NCBI GenBank assembly: GCA_964406665.1
Contig: CAYOSQ010000003.1
Span: 186,558 to 250,557 of the forward strand
Length of the DNA stretch: 64,000 bases
Reading direction: 5' to 3'
Source of the DNA: an uncultured Planctomycetia bacterium
GTDB taxonomy: Bacteria > Omnitrophota > Gorgyraeia > VGKH01 > JBHPFN01
The position numbers were made by a program, and so were the translations under genes. Each line of letters opens with the position of its first letter. Position 1 is the stretch's first letter. Shown here in pieces: positions 1 to 8,557 of the stretch. The notes under the pieces were generated by a model that ran no database searches, had not been told where the DNA came from, and saw only the letters and a list, made by a program, of their open reading frames with translations.

Positions 1-1
1 A

Positions 2-331
2 ATGCGTAATATGTACGCTAAAGTAGATGATATGTTTGAGGCAACCATTAGAGCATTAAGGTATAACGATAAGGAGATGTCAGATAAAGTTATGCTGTTT
101 GAGGGTGAAATTAATCTTATGCAAAAAACTTATCTGGCTAGCCATACTCAAAGGTTGTGTGATAAAAAATGTGAACCTTTCAGCGCTTTGGTTTTTGTTG
201 ATTACGTAAATAACCTGGAGAAGATCGCAGATCATTTAACCAACGTTGCCCAGGCAGCGCGTGACGAGTTTGCTTTAGAGAGAATTGTATCGGTTCATAA
301 CGACATTTTTAATAAACCAGAAAAAAAATAA
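2..331 (+). CDS. PhoU-like domain protein, C-terminal fragment (5' end outside window)
   Basis: The ORF is open to the window edge. The ...EKIADHLTNVAQAAR... segment resembles the PhoU-family helical motif (xRIGDHxTN) found in Na/Pi-cotransporter-associated domains. Confidence 0.45.
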   Translation: MRNMYAKVDDMFEATIRALRYNDKEMSDKVMLFEGEINLMQKTYLASHTQRLCDKKCEPFSALVFVDYVNNLEKIADHLTNVAQAARDEFALERIVSVHNDIFNKPEKK

Positions 332-370
332 ATTTAATTTTTGACTAGTTCCTTGTTTCTAGGTAGATTC

Positions 371-401
371 AGCGACCCCGTATTTTACGGGGTCGTTTTT
401 A
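371..401 (+). terminator. Rho-independent terminator after the fragment ORF
   Basis: Hairpin cgaccccgta/tacggggtcg with a tttt loop, followed by a T-run. Confidence 0.7.
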
Positions 402-536
402 TTGACAACACAGAGTGCATTCGAATACGCTCAGGGCTCAGTCTTTCGAAATAGCTCAGGACTGAGTATGTTTTATCAAGTATAAAACATACACAAAACT
501 CAAACATCACGTTTTCTTAAGGGGCATATGAATGTG

Positions 537-565
537 TTGACATAATAATATTTATTTGATATAGT
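537..565 (+). promoter_or_regulatory. Sigma70-like promoter of the rib operon
   Basis: ttgaca (537-542), a 17-nt spacer, then tatagt (560-565), just upstream of the FMN aptamer. Confidence 0.5.
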
Positions 566-569
566 TAAG

Positions 570-700
570 TTCACCTTCGGGAGAGGGGTGAAAATCCCCG
601 CTGGTAGTTAGAGCCTACGAGCTTGCCAAAGAAATAGTGGCGGGCAGACCAAGTGAAATCCTTGGGCCAATAGTTAAAGTCTAGATGGGAGAGGGTAAGC
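570..700 (+). promoter_or_regulatory. FMN riboswitch (RFN element) aptamer
   Basis: Matches conserved RFN blocks: cttcggGAGAGGGGTGAAAATCCCCG..., AGTGAAATCC, and ...AAAGTCTAGATGGGAGAGGG. It sits upstream of ribBA. Confidence 0.8.
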
Positions 701-721
701 AATACGTTTAATTTTGTTAAT

Positions 722-756
722 ATATCCCGAAGGTCACTTCGGGTTATTTTTTTAAA
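722..756 (+). terminator. FMN riboswitch expression-platform terminator
   Basis: Hairpin cccgaag-gtca-cttcggg followed by ttattttttt. Confidence 0.7.
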
Positions 757-891
757 TGAAGGCACAATTTAGTGAAGCAGAAGCAAGCTAAATCGTTTGC
801 CTGAATTTATCCCGCCGAAGTCCAACAATGAAAAAATGCGGACGCAGGCGGGAATGGAGAATACAACTGTTTTAAGTGGCGGCCGAAAAAT

Positions 892-917
892 CCCGCAACT
901 TCCCAAGAAGTTGCGGG
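892..917 (+). other. Perfect 11-bp stem-loop in the rib leader (no T-run)
   Basis: cccgcaacttc / gaagttgcggg with a 4-nt loop, 60 nt upstream of the ribBA start codon. Confidence 0.5.
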
Positions 918-978
918 GCTAAGTTGGATCAAACCTAAATAAAGCATAGTTAAATATTCGTATTTTTAAGGAGCTTCA

Positions 979-2214
979 ATGAACTTCAATGCAATTTCTG
1001 AAATAGTCCAGGATTTGAATCAAGGTAAGATGGTTATCGTTATTGATGATGAGGGCCGTGAGAACGAAGGCGATTTGTTAATGGCTGCCGGTTTTATTAA
1101 ACCGGAAGATATTAATTTTATGGCCAAGGAAGCGCGCGGGCTTATCTGTGTGCCTATTGAAGAAGAAAGAGCCAAGTCCTTAAATCTTAAATCAATGGCA
1201 GATGAGCATATTAAAGAGTCGGCAAAGACAGGTGATCCATATGGCACTGCCTGGATGATGTCGGTTGACGCTGCCAAAGGAATTACCACGGGTATTTCTG
1301 CATTTGATCGTGCACGTACTGTGGAAATATTGGCTAACCCTCAATCAAAACCAGAAGATTTAATCCGTCCGGGACATGTATTTCCGCTTAAGGCGGCCAA
1401 AGGTGGCGTTTTGGTGCGCGCCGGCCACACTGAAGCGGCAGTTGATCTATTGAGACTTTCAGATGTTTATCCTGTAGGTGTAATTTGTGAAATAATGAAT
1501 GAAGATGGTTCAATGGCCAGGACTCCTGAATTATTAGAGTTTGCCAAAAAACATAACCTTAAGATTTGTACGATAAAAGATTTAATTCAATATCGTCGCA
1601 AAGCAGAGAAGCTTGTTAAAGTAGTTACCGAGGCAAAATTACCCACAGAGTTTGGAGAATTTCGTTTGGTATTTTACGAGTCAGAAATAGATAAGCTTTC
1701 TCATATTGCTTTAGTTATGGGTGATGTTGGTTCTAGTGAACCTGTTTTGGTTAGGGTGCATTCGCAATGCTTGACCGGAGATGTCTTTGGTTCACAGCGC
1801 TGCGATTGTGGTTATCAGCTAAAGAAGGCTATGCAGATGATCGGGGAGAGGTCACGTGGAGTTATTCTTTATATGAATCAAGAAGGCAGGGGAATCGGTC
1901 TTAAAAATAAACTCTGTGCATATTATTTGCAGGATAATGGAATGGATACGGTTGAAGCAAACGAGGCTTTAGGATTTGCTCCTGATCTAAGGGATTATGG
2001 TATAGGTGCTCAAATTTTAGTGGATTTAGGGGTTAAGCAAATTAATCTTATGACAAATAATCCACGTAAGATTGTAGGGTTAGATGGTTATGGGCTTCAG
2101 GTGGTTGAAAGAGTTCCCATTGTGGGAGGTTCCACACCATCTAATAAACATTATTTAAAGACGAAAAAAGAAAAACTAGGACATTTATTAGAGGAGGGGG
2201 GAAGCAATGGTTAA
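979..2214 (+). CDS. ribBA: Bifunctional 3,4-dihydroxy-2-butanone-4-phosphate synthase / GTP cyclohydrolase II
   Basis: N-terminal RibB motifs ([15 protein letters not shown]) and C-terminal RibA motifs ([21 protein letters not shown]), downstream of the FMN riboswitch. Confidence 0.95.
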   Translation: MNFNAISEIVQDLNQGKMVIVIDDEGRENEGDLLMAAGFIKPEDINFMAKEARGLICVPIEEERAKSLNLKSMADEHIKESAKTGDPYGTAWMMSVDAAKGITTGISAFDRARTVEILANPQSKPEDLIRPGHVFPLKAAKGGVLVRAGHTEAAVDLLRLSDVYPVGVICEIMNEDGSMARTPELLEFAKKHNLKICTIKDLIQYRRKAEKLVKVVTEAKLPTEFGEFRLVFYESEIDKLSHIALVMGDVGSSEPVLVRVHSQCLTGDVFGSQRCDCGYQLKKAMQMIGERSRGVILYMNQEGRGIGLKNKLCAYYLQDNGMDTVEANEALGFAPDLRDYGIGAQILVDLGVKQINLMTNNPRKIVGLDGYGLQVVERVPIVGGSTPSNKHYLKTKKEKLGHLLEEGGSNG

Positions 2215-2677
2215 AGTTGTTGAAGGTCAGTTAATCGCAAAGGGTAAGAAGTTTTGTATTGTTAATTCGCGATTCAATGATTTTGTAAGTAAAGAACTTT
2301 TAAGCGGCTGCATTGATACATTGTCTAGACACGGAGTTAAAGATAATGAGATTCAAACCGTGCTGGTACCGGGATCTTTTGAGATTCCTACCGTAGCAAT
2401 GAAGCTAGCTAAAAGCAAGTCATTTGACGCGATAATCTGTTTAGGAGCGGTTATCCGTGGAGCAACGCCTCATTTTGATTTTATCGCATCTGAAGTTGCA
2501 AAAGGTGTAGCTCAGGTTTCACTTGAAACAGGTGTGCCGGTAATCTTCGGCGTGATTACAGCTGATACTATCGAACAGGCAGTTGAGAGAGCAGGAACAA
2601 AAGAAGGCAACAAGGGAAAAGATGCTGCAGTCAATGCTATCGAGATGGTTAATTTGCTGGATCAGTTAAAAAAATAA
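2207..2677 (+). CDS. ribH: 6,7-dimethyl-8-ribityllumazine synthase
   Basis: 156 aa with typical lumazine synthase motifs ([21 protein letters not shown]). Confidence 0.95.
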   Translation: MVKVVEGQLIAKGKKFCIVNSRFNDFVSKELLSGCIDTLSRHGVKDNEIQTVLVPGSFEIPTVAMKLAKSKSFDAIICLGAVIRGATPHFDFIASEVAKGVAQVSLETGVPVIFGVITADTIEQAVERAGTKEGNKGKDAAVNAIEMVNLLDQLKK

Positions 2678-2708
2678 AAGTTTTAACAAAAATTAAGCGG
2701 ATAAAAAA

Positions 2709-3128
2709 ATGAGAAAACGTACAAAAGCACGTGAGTGTGCCTTGACAATTCTTTACCAGATAGAAATTACCCGGGAACCATTTAGAGAATTAATAAGAAA
2801 TCATTGGCAGACTCAGGAAGATGCGGATAAGTCTGTTAAAGATTTTACCATGAGGCTTGTTGAGGGAACCATTGCTAATCTTAAGCAGATAGATAAAACA
2901 ATCACCAGCTGTGCCACTAACTGGGAGCTTAAGAGGATGGCAGTTATCGATAGAAATATCTTAAGGATGGCAGCCTTTGAAATAATATTTTTAGATGATA
3001 TTCCGGTGAAAGTGGCAATCAATGAGGCAGTGGACTTAGCCAAGAAGTTCGGCGATGTTGATTCTGGAAGATTTGTAAACGGCATCGTTGATAAAATAAA
3101 AGATACCAGTTTGAAAGAGAAAAAATAA
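2709..3128 (+). CDS. nusB: Transcription antitermination factor NusB
   Basis: 139 aa with a NusB-like N-terminus (RECALTILYQ), in the conserved ribH-nusB arrangement. Confidence 0.85.
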   Translation: MRKRTKARECALTILYQIEITREPFRELIRNHWQTQEDADKSVKDFTMRLVEGTIANLKQIDKTITSCATNWELKRMAVIDRNILRMAAFEIIFLDDIPVKVAINEAVDLAKKFGDVDSGRFVNGIVDKIKDTSLKEKK

Positions 3129-3967
3129 TGGAATTTGCAGATCTACATATTCATACCAGTTTTTCTGATAGTTCTTCAGACCCTCTAGACGTTATAAAGC
3201 GTTCAAAAGAGGCAGGATTAGCTGCTATAAGTATTACCGATCATGATTCTATCGATGGGATAAAGCTGGCGGTTCAAGAGGGCCAGAAGCAATCGATTGA
3301 AGTTATCCCAGGAATTGAAATGACAAGTGAGATCGACGAAAAAGAGATTCATATTTTAGGATATTTTGTTGATATTAATAATGAAGATTTTTTGAGTAAG
3401 TTACAAGATTTGCAGCAAATTAGGGTCGAGAGAATATTTAAGATGGTGGAGAAGTTAAAAGAGCTAGGGGTTAATAATCTTGATGCCAAAGAAGTTATAG
3501 AGTTTGCCGGAAAAGGTGCAGTGGGTAGGTTGCATTTAGCAATTATGCTGCAGAAAAAAGGTTGGATCTATTCTCCCTCGGAGGCATTCTATAAATATAT
3601 TGGAGATAAATGCCCCGCATATGTAAGTAAATTTAATCTTTCTCCTGTAGAAGTAGTAAATATTATAAAAAAATCCGGAGGCATAGCGGTTTTGGCACAT
3701 CCGCATGTTTGCACAGATGCGACTGAGCTAATAGATTCTCTGGCAAAGGTAGGTTTAAGAGGTTTAGAGGTATATTATCCTAAATATACTGCTCAGACTA
3801 TAGGAAATTATAAAGCAATCGCTGAAAAGTACGGGCTTTTGCTTACCGGTGGTTCTGATGATCACGGTTTGCAAAAAGATGATACCTTAATTGGTAAAGT
3901 GAAGATCCCTTATGAATTGGTGGAAAAATTAAAGCAGGAAAAATGTCAAAACAACAACTCTTCATGA
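3128..3967 (+). CDS. PHP-domain metal-dependent phosphoesterase
   Basis: DLHIHTSFSD...ITDHD PHP-family motifs. Confidence 0.8.
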   Translation: MEFADLHIHTSFSDSSSDPLDVIKRSKEAGLAAISITDHDSIDGIKLAVQEGQKQSIEVIPGIEMTSEIDEKEIHILGYFVDINNEDFLSKLQDLQQIRVERIFKMVEKLKELGVNNLDAKEVIEFAGKGAVGRLHLAIMLQKKGWIYSPSEAFYKYIGDKCPAYVSKFNLSPVEVVNIIKKSGGIAVLAHPHVCTDATELIDSLAKVGLRGLEVYYPKYTAQTIGNYKAIAEKYGLLLTGGSDDHGLQKDDTLIGKVKIPYELVEKLKQEKCQNNNSS

Positions 3968-5013
3968 GAGAGGCTATTAATTTAGCGCTTAAGGCAAGAG
4001 GAAAAACTAGCCCCAACCCTTTAGTTGGGGCGGTATTAGTTAAGGGTAATAAAATTGTTGGCCGGGGTTATCATAAAAGAGCCGGGGCAGCTCATGCCGA
4101 GATTATGGCGATACGCAGTGCCAACGGTAAATCAAAAGGTGCTACTCTTTATGTCACTCTTGAGCCCTGTGGTCATTTTGGAAAAACCCCTCCTTGTGTA
4201 GATGCTGTTATTAAAAGCGGAGTAAAAAAAGTAGTTATTGCGACCAAAGATCTGAATCCTTTGAACAATGGTAAATCTATAGTAAAGCTTAGAAAAAACA
4301 GTATAAAGGTAGAAAGTGGATTATTAAAAAATGAAGCGCTTATGATAAACGAGGCGTTCAATAAATTTATTACAAAAAGAATTCCTTTCGTTACTGTAAA
4401 AGTAGCCCAGACCCTTGATGGGAAGATTGCCTTGGGTTCTGGCGAATCTCAGTGGATTACAAATAAAAGCTCGCGTGATTATTCTCACAGATTAAGAAAA
4501 TATTATGATGCTATTTTAGTAGGGGTGAACACGGTGCTGAAAGATAATCCTTTATTGAAGGCAAAAAATAAAGTAATAGTTGATTCTTTTTTGAGGACCT
4601 CTGTAAATTCTAGAATTTTTACTCGCTCAACCGGAACAGTTATAATTGCAACTACTGCTAAGGCTTCTAAGATAAGAATCGCTAAATTAAAAGCAAAAGG
4701 TGCAACTATTGTTGTCCTACCGGCGAAAAATGGAAGAGTTAATTTAAGGGCTTTGATGCGTATCTTAGCAAAAATGGAAATAACTAATATTTTTGCTGAA
4801 GGCGGAGGAAGTATTATTGGAAGTTTGCTTGATGAAGGCTTGGTTGATAAAACGATGTTTTTTATTTCACCTAAGGTTTTTGGTGGAAAGGGTTCAATAA
4901 GTTCTGTACAAGGAGAGGGAATAAAAAATATAGCTAGTTCTATTAAATTAAAAAATATTAGCATAAAAAGATTCAAAGAAGATATTTTGGTTGAGGGAAA
5001 TGTCAAACGATGA
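3943..5013 (+). CDS. ribD: Bifunctional diaminohydroxyphosphoribosylaminopyrimidine deaminase / 5-amino-6-(5-phosphoribosylamino)uracil reductase
   Basis: CDA zinc motifs (HAEIMAI, LEPCGHFGKTPPC) and a C-terminal reductase domain. Confidence 0.9.
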   Translation: MSKQQLFMREAINLALKARGKTSPNPLVGAVLVKGNKIVGRGYHKRAGAAHAEIMAIRSANGKSKGATLYVTLEPCGHFGKTPPCVDAVIKSGVKKVVIATKDLNPLNNGKSIVKLRKNSIKVESGLLKNEALMINEAFNKFITKRIPFVTVKVAQTLDGKIALGSGESQWITNKSSRDYSHRLRKYYDAILVGVNTVLKDNPLLKAKNKVIVDSFLRTSVNSRIFTRSTGTVIIATTAKASKIRIAKLKAKGATIVVLPAKNGRVNLRALMRILAKMEITNIFAEGGGSIIGSLLDEGLVDKTMFFISPKVFGGKGSISSVQGEGIKNIASSIKLKNISIKRFKEDILVEGNVKR

Positions 5014-5123
5014 CACTACTTATGGACAGCGAGCGAAGGTCGCTGGAACATAAGTTGTATTTCGGCCCTTCGCTTCGCTCAGGATTCCTCGAAGAGTCCC
5101 GAGAGAAATCGAGGGAAATTTGT

Positions 5124-5169
5124 CCCAGCACTTATTAAAAATTAAAAATATTAGCAAATAAGTGCTGGG
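5124..5169 (+). other. 13-bp perfect inverted repeat stem-loop in the ribD-ribE spacer
   Basis: cccagcacttatt, a 20-nt loop, then aataagtgctggg. No T-run follows. Confidence 0.6.
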
Positions 5170-5233
5170 TAAGTTCGTGAATTCAATTTACGTTCTTACG
5201 ACTTCGTCGCGTTCCGTAAAAGGACACTCACTA

Positions 5234-5824
5234 ATGTTTACAGGAATAATCGAACAATTAGGAAAAGTTAAATCAATAGAAAACTATAGCGGGATTCGCT
5301 GTCTAAGAATCGAGTCTGAAGACATTGCTTTAGATACAAAGATAGGAGACAGCATTGCTGTTAATGGTGTGTGTCTTACTGTAACAAAAATAGATGGAAA
5401 AATCCTAAGCTTTGAGGTTGTGTCCGAAACCTTAAACAATACTAATTTAAAAGACGTAAAAATTAATGATAAAGTAAACCTTGAGAGAAGCCTAAAGCTG
5501 CAAGATAAATTGGGGGGACATTTAGTAAGCGGCCACGTTGATTGTTTGGGGATTATCCGCAAGAAATTTTCCAGAAGTGGAACTGAAGTTTTCGAAATAG
5601 CTGTTCCGTCAGAGTTTTCCCGCAACATCGTGGATAAGGGTTCTGTGGCACTTGATGGGATAAGCTTGACAGTAGCTAAGGTTAGCGGTAATGTTTTATC
5701 AGTTAATGTCATTCCGCATACATTAAAAGAAACTACTTTGGGGTTAAAAAGCTGTTCTGTAAAATTGAACGTAGAATTTGATGTGATTGGCAAGTACGTT
5801 AAATCTTTTTTAAAAGATAAGTAG
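5234..5824 (+). CDS. ribE: Riboflavin synthase alpha subunit
   Basis: MFTGIIE start and duplicated lumazine-binding halves. The ORF-track start at 5162 lies inside the stem-loop, so I trimmed to the ATG at 5234. Confidence 0.9.
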   Translation: MFTGIIEQLGKVKSIENYSGIRCLRIESEDIALDTKIGDSIAVNGVCLTVTKIDGKILSFEVVSETLNNTNLKDVKINDKVNLERSLKLQDKLGGHLVSGHVDCLGIIRKKFSRSGTEVFEIAVPSEFSRNIVDKGSVALDGISLTVAKVSGNVLSVNVIPHTLKETTLGLKSCSVKLNVEFDVIGKYVKSFLKDK

Positions 5825-5931
5825 TATTGATTTCTTTGGATAATCTGAATAAAAGGAAATCAGCATTGCCTTTTTTAAAAAGGCTAACAAATTAACTTGA
5901 CAATATAACCGTAAGTCATTATCTTCAATAT

Positions 5932-7173
5932 ATGGAAGAAAAACGCATAGTAATTACTGGAGTTGGAGTCATTGCCTGTAACGGTATCGGCAAAGATGCT
6001 TATTGGAAAGCTTTGGAGGAAGGTAAAGACGGCTTTAGAGAAGTTAGCCTGTTTGATACCGAAGGAATAAGTGTTAAGACAGCAGGGGAGATTACTGATT
6101 TTGACCCTAAGCAGTTTATGGGAATAAAAGGCTTAAGAAGCCTTGACCGCAGTACAAAACTTATCTGTTCTGCAGCAAAGCTAGCAAAAGAAGATGCTAA
6201 GCTTACAATAACCGAAGATAATACTGATAATATAGGTGTTGCTTTAGGTACTACTTTAGGAAGTGTTTACAGTATAAGTGAGTTTGATAAGCAGGCTTTA
6301 CGAGAAGGCCCGCGATATGTTAATCCTGCATTATTTCCTAATACAGTTATAAATTCTCCTGCGAGTCAAGTTTCGATTTGGCATAATATCAAAGGTTTTA
6401 ATACTACTATCTCTACAGGATTTTCAGCTAGTTTGGATGCAATTAGTTATTCTATAGATTTTCTGAAAATGAATAGGGCAAAGATTATCTTTACCGGAGG
6501 AGTAGAGGAGCTTTGTATCCAGACTTTTTTAGGATTTTATAAGATTGGATTTCTTTCAGGTTCAAAAGATGGAGAATTTATTGGTTCCTGTCCATTTGAT
6601 AAAAGAAGGAATGGAATCGTCTTAAGCGAGGCAGGATGTTTGTTGACTTTTGAAGATTTAGATTCTGCAAAAGAGAGAAATGCAACAATTTATGCAGAAG
6701 TAGAAAATATTGCTTCATTCTTTGATCCTTTTAGAATGAATAAGTTTAATCCTAAAGGTACTGGTTTAAAAAAGGCAATGAAAAAAGTATTAGAAGACGT
6801 TAACTTAAAACCAAAAGATATAGATTATATTTGTGCTAATGCGAATTCTACAATTAAGGCTGATAAAATAGAGACAGAGGCTATTAAGGAAGTTTTCTCC
6901 AGCGCAGCAGATAAAATTCCGGTAAGTGCAATTAAATCAATGACAGGAGAGAGCTTTAGCGCATCGGGTTCTCTGCAGGTTGCTGCAGCAGTAGGGGCGA
7001 TTAATAAAGGTTTTATTCCGCCAACTATGAATTATAAAGAAAAAGATCCAGAGTGTGATTTAGATTATGTTCCCAATAAATCCCGCAAGCAAAAAGTTAA
7101 TCGAGTATTAATTAATTCTTTCGGCCCCAGCGGGAATAATACCTGTTTAATTTTGAAAGGATACAAGTCATGA
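5932..7173 (+). CDS. Beta-ketoacyl-ACP synthase (FabF/KAS II) homolog lacking the catalytic Cys-His-His triad
   Basis: Thiolase/KS fold with FabF-like blocks, but each triad position differs from FabF. STGFSAS stands for TACASG, CANANST for NAHGTST, and KSMTGES for KSMTGH. Confidence 0.7.
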   Translation: MEEKRIVITGVGVIACNGIGKDAYWKALEEGKDGFREVSLFDTEGISVKTAGEITDFDPKQFMGIKGLRSLDRSTKLICSAAKLAKEDAKLTITEDNTDNIGVALGTTLGSVYSISEFDKQALREGPRYVNPALFPNTVINSPASQVSIWHNIKGFNTTISTGFSASLDAISYSIDFLKMNRAKIIFTGGVEELCIQTFLGFYKIGFLSGSKDGEFIGSCPFDKRRNGIVLSEAGCLLTFEDLDSAKERNATIYAEVENIASFFDPFRMNKFNPKGTGLKKAMKKVLEDVNLKPKDIDYICANANSTIKADKIETEAIKEVFSSAADKIPVSAIKSMTGESFSASGSLQVAAAVGAINKGFIPPTMNYKEKDPECDLDYVPNKSRKQKVNRVLINSFGPSGNNTCLILKGYKS

Positions 7174-7916
7174 AATTAAAAGGTAAGGTCGCAATAGTAA
7201 CTGGAGCAACGAGGGGAATCGGTCGGGCTATCGCATTACTACTTGCTAAGGAAGGTGCAGATATTGCTTTTACGTATTTAAGCAGCAATGATTTAGCTTC
7301 AAGTCTTAAGAAAGAAATTGAGGATTTGGGTGTTAAGGTTTTTGCATCTAAAACCGATGTAAGCAATTTTAAGGCTTGTGGAGATTTTGTTACAAAGGTA
7401 AAAAAACAATTAGGCTCTTTGGATATTTTGGTTAACAATGCCGGCATCTTAAAAGATAAGGCTCTTATGATGATGGAAGAGTCTGACTTCAGAGATGTAA
7501 TTGATACCAATTTAACCGGTGTATTTAATATGTCACGTTCCTGTATTGTATCTTTTTTACGTGAAAAAAAAGGAGATATTGTAAATATTTCTTCGGTTAG
7601 CGGTATTGTAGGAATTCCGCGGCAGACCAATTATTCTGCCAGTAAAGGTGGAATAATTGGTTTCACAAAAGCTTTGGCTAAAGAAGTAGCAGCTTATAAT
7701 GTTCGGGTTAATGCTGTTGCTCCTGGTTTTATTCAAACAGATATGGTTGAAGGCCTGAAAGATGAGCACAAACAACAATTCACTGAGATGATACCATTTA
7801 AACGCTTCGGCACTGCCGAAGAAGTAGCCAGCACAGTTTTATTTCTTTTATCAGATAAATCTAAGTATATTACCGGTCAGATTATTCAAGTTGACGGCGG
7901 TCTGGCAATGAGGTAA
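7170..7916 (+). CDS. fabG: 3-oxoacyl-ACP reductase
   Basis: SDR family: TGATRGIGRAIA, NAG, YSASKGG. Confidence 0.9.
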   Translation: MKLKGKVAIVTGATRGIGRAIALLLAKEGADIAFTYLSSNDLASSLKKEIEDLGVKVFASKTDVSNFKACGDFVTKVKKQLGSLDILVNNAGILKDKALMMMEESDFRDVIDTNLTGVFNMSRSCIVSFLREKKGDIVNISSVSGIVGIPRQTNYSASKGGIIGFTKALAKEVAAYNVRVNAVAPGFIQTDMVEGLKDEHKQQFTEMIPFKRFGTAEEVASTVLFLLSDKSKYITGQIIQVDGGLAMR

Positions 7917-7942
7917 GATTATTAAAAGCAAAGGATATTATT

Positions 7943-8374
7943 ATGTTAGATATTGAACAAATTAAAACTATATTGCCTCACCGTTATCCCTTTCTCTTAA
8001 TTGACCGCGTAGTTGATTTTAGCGAAGGCCAGCAACTTACCGCGATTAAAAACGTAACAGCCAACGAACAGTTTTTTCAAGGGCATTTTCCCGATGAAAA
8101 AGTAATGCCAGGAGTATTAATAGTTGAGGCAATGGCCCAGGCAGGTGCTGTATTTTTTTATCTTGAAAAAAAACTTCAAGATAAGAAAAGTGTAGTTTAT
8201 TACTTAGGATCCGTTGATGCTAAATTTTTAAAACCTGTCTTTCCCGGAGATCAGCTAAAGATAGTTATAAAGCCAAAGAAACTACTTTCTAAGGCTGGTT
8301 TTTTTGCTGCCGAGGCCTTTGTTAAAGACGTCAGAGTAGCTAAGTCTGAAATTGGCTTTGGCGTTCAATATTAA
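7943..8374 (+). CDS. fabZ: 3-hydroxyacyl-ACP dehydratase
   Basis: HRYPFLLIDRV ... GHFPDEKVMPGVL hotdog motifs. Confidence 0.9.
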   Translation: MLDIEQIKTILPHRYPFLLIDRVVDFSEGQQLTAIKNVTANEQFFQGHFPDEKVMPGVLIVEAMAQAGAVFFYLEKKLQDKKSVVYYLGSVDAKFLKPVFPGDQLKIVIKPKKLLSKAGFFAAEAFVKDVRVAKSEIGFGVQY

Positions 8375-8475
8375 TGTATTCTATTTCCACATCTTTCCTT
8401 TAAATACAGCAGAATATCAAATTACGGATTTTTCTCTTATTTTGTGCTATACTTATTAAAATAAAGTAGTATAGC

Positions 8476-8512
8476 CTATGTTTTAGCAGGCTAGGAAACA
8501 TAGGTATTTTTT
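8476..8512 (+). terminator. Rho-independent terminator after fabZ
   Basis: cctatgttt-tagcaggctagg-aaacatagg hairpin followed by tattttttt. Confidence 0.7.
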
Positions 8513-8557
8513 TGCATTTTTTTATAGAATCGGTTATAAAAAAATATTGGTGCATAA

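Noticed and set aside
5162-5233. Longer ribE N-terminus from the ORF track.
   Set aside because: That start lies inside a 13-bp perfect stem. Riboflavin synthases begin MFTGII, which matches the ATG at 5234.
5284-5793. 169-aa minus-strand ORF.
   Set aside because: It is fully antisense to ribE, which has strong homology. It is a shadow ORF.
7112-7630. 172-aa minus-strand ORF.
   Set aside because: It is antisense to fabG, an SDR with clear motifs.
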